DNA from: an uncultured delta proteobacterium
Lineage (GTDB): Bacteria; Myxococcota_A; Polyangia; Polyangiales; Polyangiaceae
Reading direction: 5' to 3'
Assembly (NCBI GenBank): GCA_963716725.1
Contig: CAVQUB010000005.1
Location: forward strand, 224,001-288,000
Length of the DNA: 64,000 nt
The notes below the pieces were generated by a model. It did not search any database. It saw only the letters and a list, made by a program, of their open reading frames with translations, and was not told where the DNA came from. This document shows positions 61,353 to 64,000 of this stretch, in pieces (positions within the stretch are counted from its first letter, which is position 1; each line of letters starts with the position of its first letter). The position numbers and the translations under genes were made by a program.

Positions 61353-64000
61353 GTGTCGGATCGCGACAAACTACTTCAGAGCGCCCAGAAGTGGGTCGAC
61401 AAGAAGCGGTACGACCGAGCTGTCGAAGACTATCTCAAGGTCGTTCAGCTCGATCCGAAGGACATGCGGACCTTGCTCAAGGTCGGCGACCTTCAGACCC
61501 GCATCCAAGCCTACGACCAGGCCATTGCGACCTACGACCGCGTCGGGCAGTTCTACGCCGAGCAAGGCTTCGCGCTCAAGGCCATCGCCGTCTACAAGCA
61601 GATCCGCGAGGTCATCCGCAAACACGCGCCGCAGCTCACGGACCGCTACTCGTACATCGTGCCGAAGCTGGCGGACATCTACACGCAGCTCGGCTTGACC
61701 AGCGACGCGCTCGCGGCATGGGACGAGGTTGCGGCTCGGTACCAGCGCAACAACTTGGACCGGGACGCCATCGAGGTGTTCCAGAAGATGGTCGCGCTCG
61801 ACTCGACCAATCCGCTGCCCTACCTGAGGCTGGCCGAAGCCTGCTGTCGGGTCCAGGACCTCGACGACGCTATCCAGGCCTTCTGGACCGCCGCCGAGCT
61901 GCTGCTCAAGCTCGAGCGCCGTGAAGACGCCCTGAAGGTCATCGAGCGCATCCTTCACTTCAAGGCAGATCCCGAGTACGCGCGCATGGCGGCGCAGCTC
62001 TACCTGCAGAAGGGCCGGCGTGAAGACGGCCTGCAGGCCCTGGCGAAGCTCCAGATCGCGTTCCAGGCCGATCCCCGAGACCTCGACACGCTGGGGCTCC
62101 TGGCTCAGGCCTTCACCGTCATCGGACAGGCGGACAAAGCCCTCGAGGTCTACAAGGAGATGGCCCGAATCGCCCGCGAAGCCGGGCGCCAAGACCTCTT
62201 CGATCAGCTCGTTGCCCACCTCGAGCAGGTGGCGCCCGCCGACGAGGGCGTTCGCGCGCTGCGTTCGATGCCGCCGTCGATGCATCCCGATGAAGGCCGG
62301 GATCCTTCGGCCGTCCACGTGGCCGACGACGATCTCGAACTGGTCGATGAAGAACCGGAGATCGAAGACGACGAGCCCGAGCAGATCCCGGCCGAGGCGC
62401 CCTTCGCGCTCAATCGCCCCAGCCACCCGCCAATGAGGCCGTTTCAGGCCAGCGCCCCGGACGTCATGGTGGCGGACTCCCACTACGTCTCCGACGGCTA
62501 CTCCGGCGACGACGACTTCGACGTCGAGGCTCACGTCCGGAAGGCGATGGTCGACGCCGAGGCCTTCCGGAAGCTGCGCCTCTACAGCAAGGCGCTGGAG
62601 ACCTTGCAGATCGCCCTGGAGGTGAGCCCCGGAAGCATCGACGCGCGGGAGAAGTACCGCGAGCTCTTGCTCGAGTCGGGTGATCGCGACGCGGCTATCG
62701 GTGAGTCCATCGCGCTCGCGGCCATCTACCTCGATCGGAACGACATCGAGCGAGCCGAGATGCTGCTCTACGACGTGCTCGACTCCGAGCCAGAGCATCC
62801 GGTCGCATTGGAGATGCTCGCGCAGATCCAAGGCGGTACCGCGCCGGGGCAGCAGTGGAGCGCCGACTCCGCGACCGAGGCCGTGGCGGTCGACTATTCA
62901 GAGCAGGAGAGCGTCGACGTCGCCTACCAGTCGGCACCCGCCTGGGACGAGTACCGGGCCCGCGGTCCCTTGCCCTCCTACGACTTGGAGGAGGTCAGCG
63001 CGTCGAGCGTCATGGCCAGCCCCACTCCCATGTCCGAGAGTGGGGGAGCGTTCCAAATGGACGATCCCTTCGCCGTCTCGAGCGATCCGCAGGCGGCCGC
63101 CGGGCCCTTGCCGAGCTTTCCGCTCGGCTCCGAGGAGGACTCGCAGCGTCTGGACGACCCAGATCCCTACCTCGACGATCCGGCTGACTACCTCGAAGCC
63201 GAGCCCGAGCCCGAGGCCCGCGATGGCGGGCCGAACGCGTTCGACGAGGCCTATCCCACCGCCGCGGGCGAGGTCTCGGCAGTCAACATCGAAGCCATCG
63301 AAGAGGCGCTCGAAGAGGCGGAGTTTTTCACCACCCGCGGACTCTACGACGACGCCAAGGCCATCATCATCGATCAGCTGACGCGCGCGCCTGGACATCC
63401 CCTGTTGGTGGAGCGCCTCGACGAGATCGAGCAGGTACTCGGCACCGTTCGGGAGAGCACGCCGGTCGATCGCTCGGCGATGCCCGCCCACCCCTCTGGG
63501 CATCCCCCTTCGGGTACTTTCAAGGATCGTACCCCTTCGGGTACTTTCAAGGATCGTACCCCTTCGGGTACTTTCAAGGATCGTACCCCTTCGGGTACTT
63601 TCAAGGATCGTACCCCTTCGGGTACTTTCAAGGATCGTACCCCTTCGGGTACTTTCAAGGATCGTACCCCTTCGGGTACTTTCAAGGATCGTACCCCTTC
63701 GGGTACTTTCAAGGATCGGCCCGTGGCCGTGCACCAGGAGCCCGAGGACCGCGCTTTCGACATTGCCGCGTCACTCGAGGCGCTCGACAGCCTCCAGCCG
63801 TCCGCTCCGCCAGCCCCGGCGCCGAGCGCCCTCTCGGATCAGGACGTCGACCAAGTCTTCGAGAAGTTCAAGGCGGGCATTCGGGCCCAGGTCAGCGAGA
63901 ATGACAGCGCCACCCATTACGATCTGGGCGTCGCGTACAAAGAAATGGGCTTGCTGCCCGACGCGATGAACGAGTTTGGGCTCGCGGCGCGTGACCCGAC
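61353..64000 (+). CDS. sgmX: Multi-TPR protein, SgmX-like type IV pilus/social motility activator (partial, runs off window end; absent from the ORF track)
   Basis: Frame read at several points from GTG 61353: DKLLQSAQK...Y...GF.LKAIAVYKQI, TPR array, acidic linker, EEAEFF...GL...A, VFEKFKAGI..QV...D.ATHYDLGVAYKEMGL. Confidence 0.8.
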   Translation, partial: MSDRDKLLQSAQKWVDKKRYDRAVEDYLKVVQLDPKDMRTLLKVGDLQTRIQAYDQAIATYDRVGQFYAEQGFALKAIAVYKQIREVIRKHAPQLTDRYSYIVPKLADIYTQLGLTSDALAAWDEVAARYQRNNLDRDAIEVFQKMVALDSTNPLPYLRLAEACCRVQDLDDAIQAFWTAAELLLKLERREDALKVIERILHFKADPEYARMAAQLYLQKGRREDGLQALAKLQIAFQADPRDLDTLGLLAQAFTVIGQADKALEVYKEMARIAREAGRQDLFDQLVAHLEQVAPADEGVRALRSMPPSMHPDEGRDPSAVHVADDDLELVDEEPEIEDDEPEQIPAEAPFALNRPSHPPMRPFQASAPDVMVADSHYVSDGYSGDDDFDVEAHVRKAMVDAEAFRKLRLYSKALETLQIALEVSPGSIDAREKYRELLLESGDRDAAIGESIALAAIYLDRNDIERAEMLLYDVLDSEPEHPVALEMLAQIQGGTAPGQQWSADSATEAVAVDYSEQESVDVAYQSAPAWDEYRARGPLPSYDLEEVSASSVMASPTPMSESGGAFQMDDPFAVSSDPQAAAGPLPSFPLGSEEDSQRLDDPDPYLDDPADYLEAEPEPEARDGGPNAFDEAYPTAAGEVSAVNIEAIEEALEEAEFFTTRGLYDDAKAIIIDQLTRAPGHPLLVERLDEIEQVLGTVRESTPVDRSAMPAHPSGHPPSGTFKDRTPSGTFKDRTPSGTFKDRTPSGTFKDRTPSGTFKDRTPSGTFKDRTPSGTFKDRTPSGTFKDRPVAVHQEPEDRAFDIAASLEALDSLQPSAPPAPAPSALSDQDVDQVFEKFKAGIRAQVSENDSATHYDLGVAYKEMGLLPDAMNEFGLAARDP
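63505..63718 (+). repeat. 27-nt perfect tandem repeat x8 within sgmX-like gene, encoding (PSGTFKDRT)n
   Basis: CCCCTTCGGGTACTTTCAAGGATCGTA, 7 exact copies plus 25 nt of an eighth. Confidence 0.97.

Noticed and set aside
63505..63718. CRISPR array (palindromic ~27-nt repeats)
   Set aside because: Repeats are directly adjacent with no spacers, lie in frame in a gene, and no cas genes are present.

Overview
High-GC (~70%) bacterial chromosomal segment, most consistent with a myxobacterium (Myxococcota, Polyangia-like). That inference rests on an SgmX-like TPR gene, Cys-rich and Gly-linker lipoproteins, a eukaryotic-like Ser/Thr kinase and a Dsg-like long IF3. In order, the window holds: the end of an ergothioneine pair (egtB end, egtD); a trehalose operon (membrane-anchored OtsA, OtsB reading in-frame into a secreted sulfatase-like protein, TreS-maltokinase); a ClC-CBS gene; an mlaF-mlaD-M1 peptidase-Cys-rich protein run; a 1183-aa repeat surface lipoprotein; recJ; an operon of three beta-propeller-like lipoproteins plus a putative outer-membrane beta-barrel; fadN; a complete IS630 element; an accessory patch (vapC remnant, nucleotidyltransferase pair); fhs; thiolase; Uma2; a DSP phosphatase; secF-secD-yajC; tRNA-Val; thrS-infC; a kinase and PhnD-like gene; tRNA-Ala; a sulfatase-like membrane protein; NhaP; an orphan N6-adenine methyltransferase; pdxA, an atypical response regulator and tldD; and a partial sgmX with a palindromic 27-nt tandem repeat. 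The best candidate for an undescribed system is a GxxExxY nuclease cassette nested in the 3' end of the IS630 transposase. It has its own ~34-bp inverted repeats, a structured leader and imperfect flanking direct repeats, which suggests it is a mobile unit in its own right. Caveat: single-base frameshifts in housekeeping genes (thrS twice, secD) point to indel-prone assembly, so all fusions and pseudogene calls need read-level confirmation.
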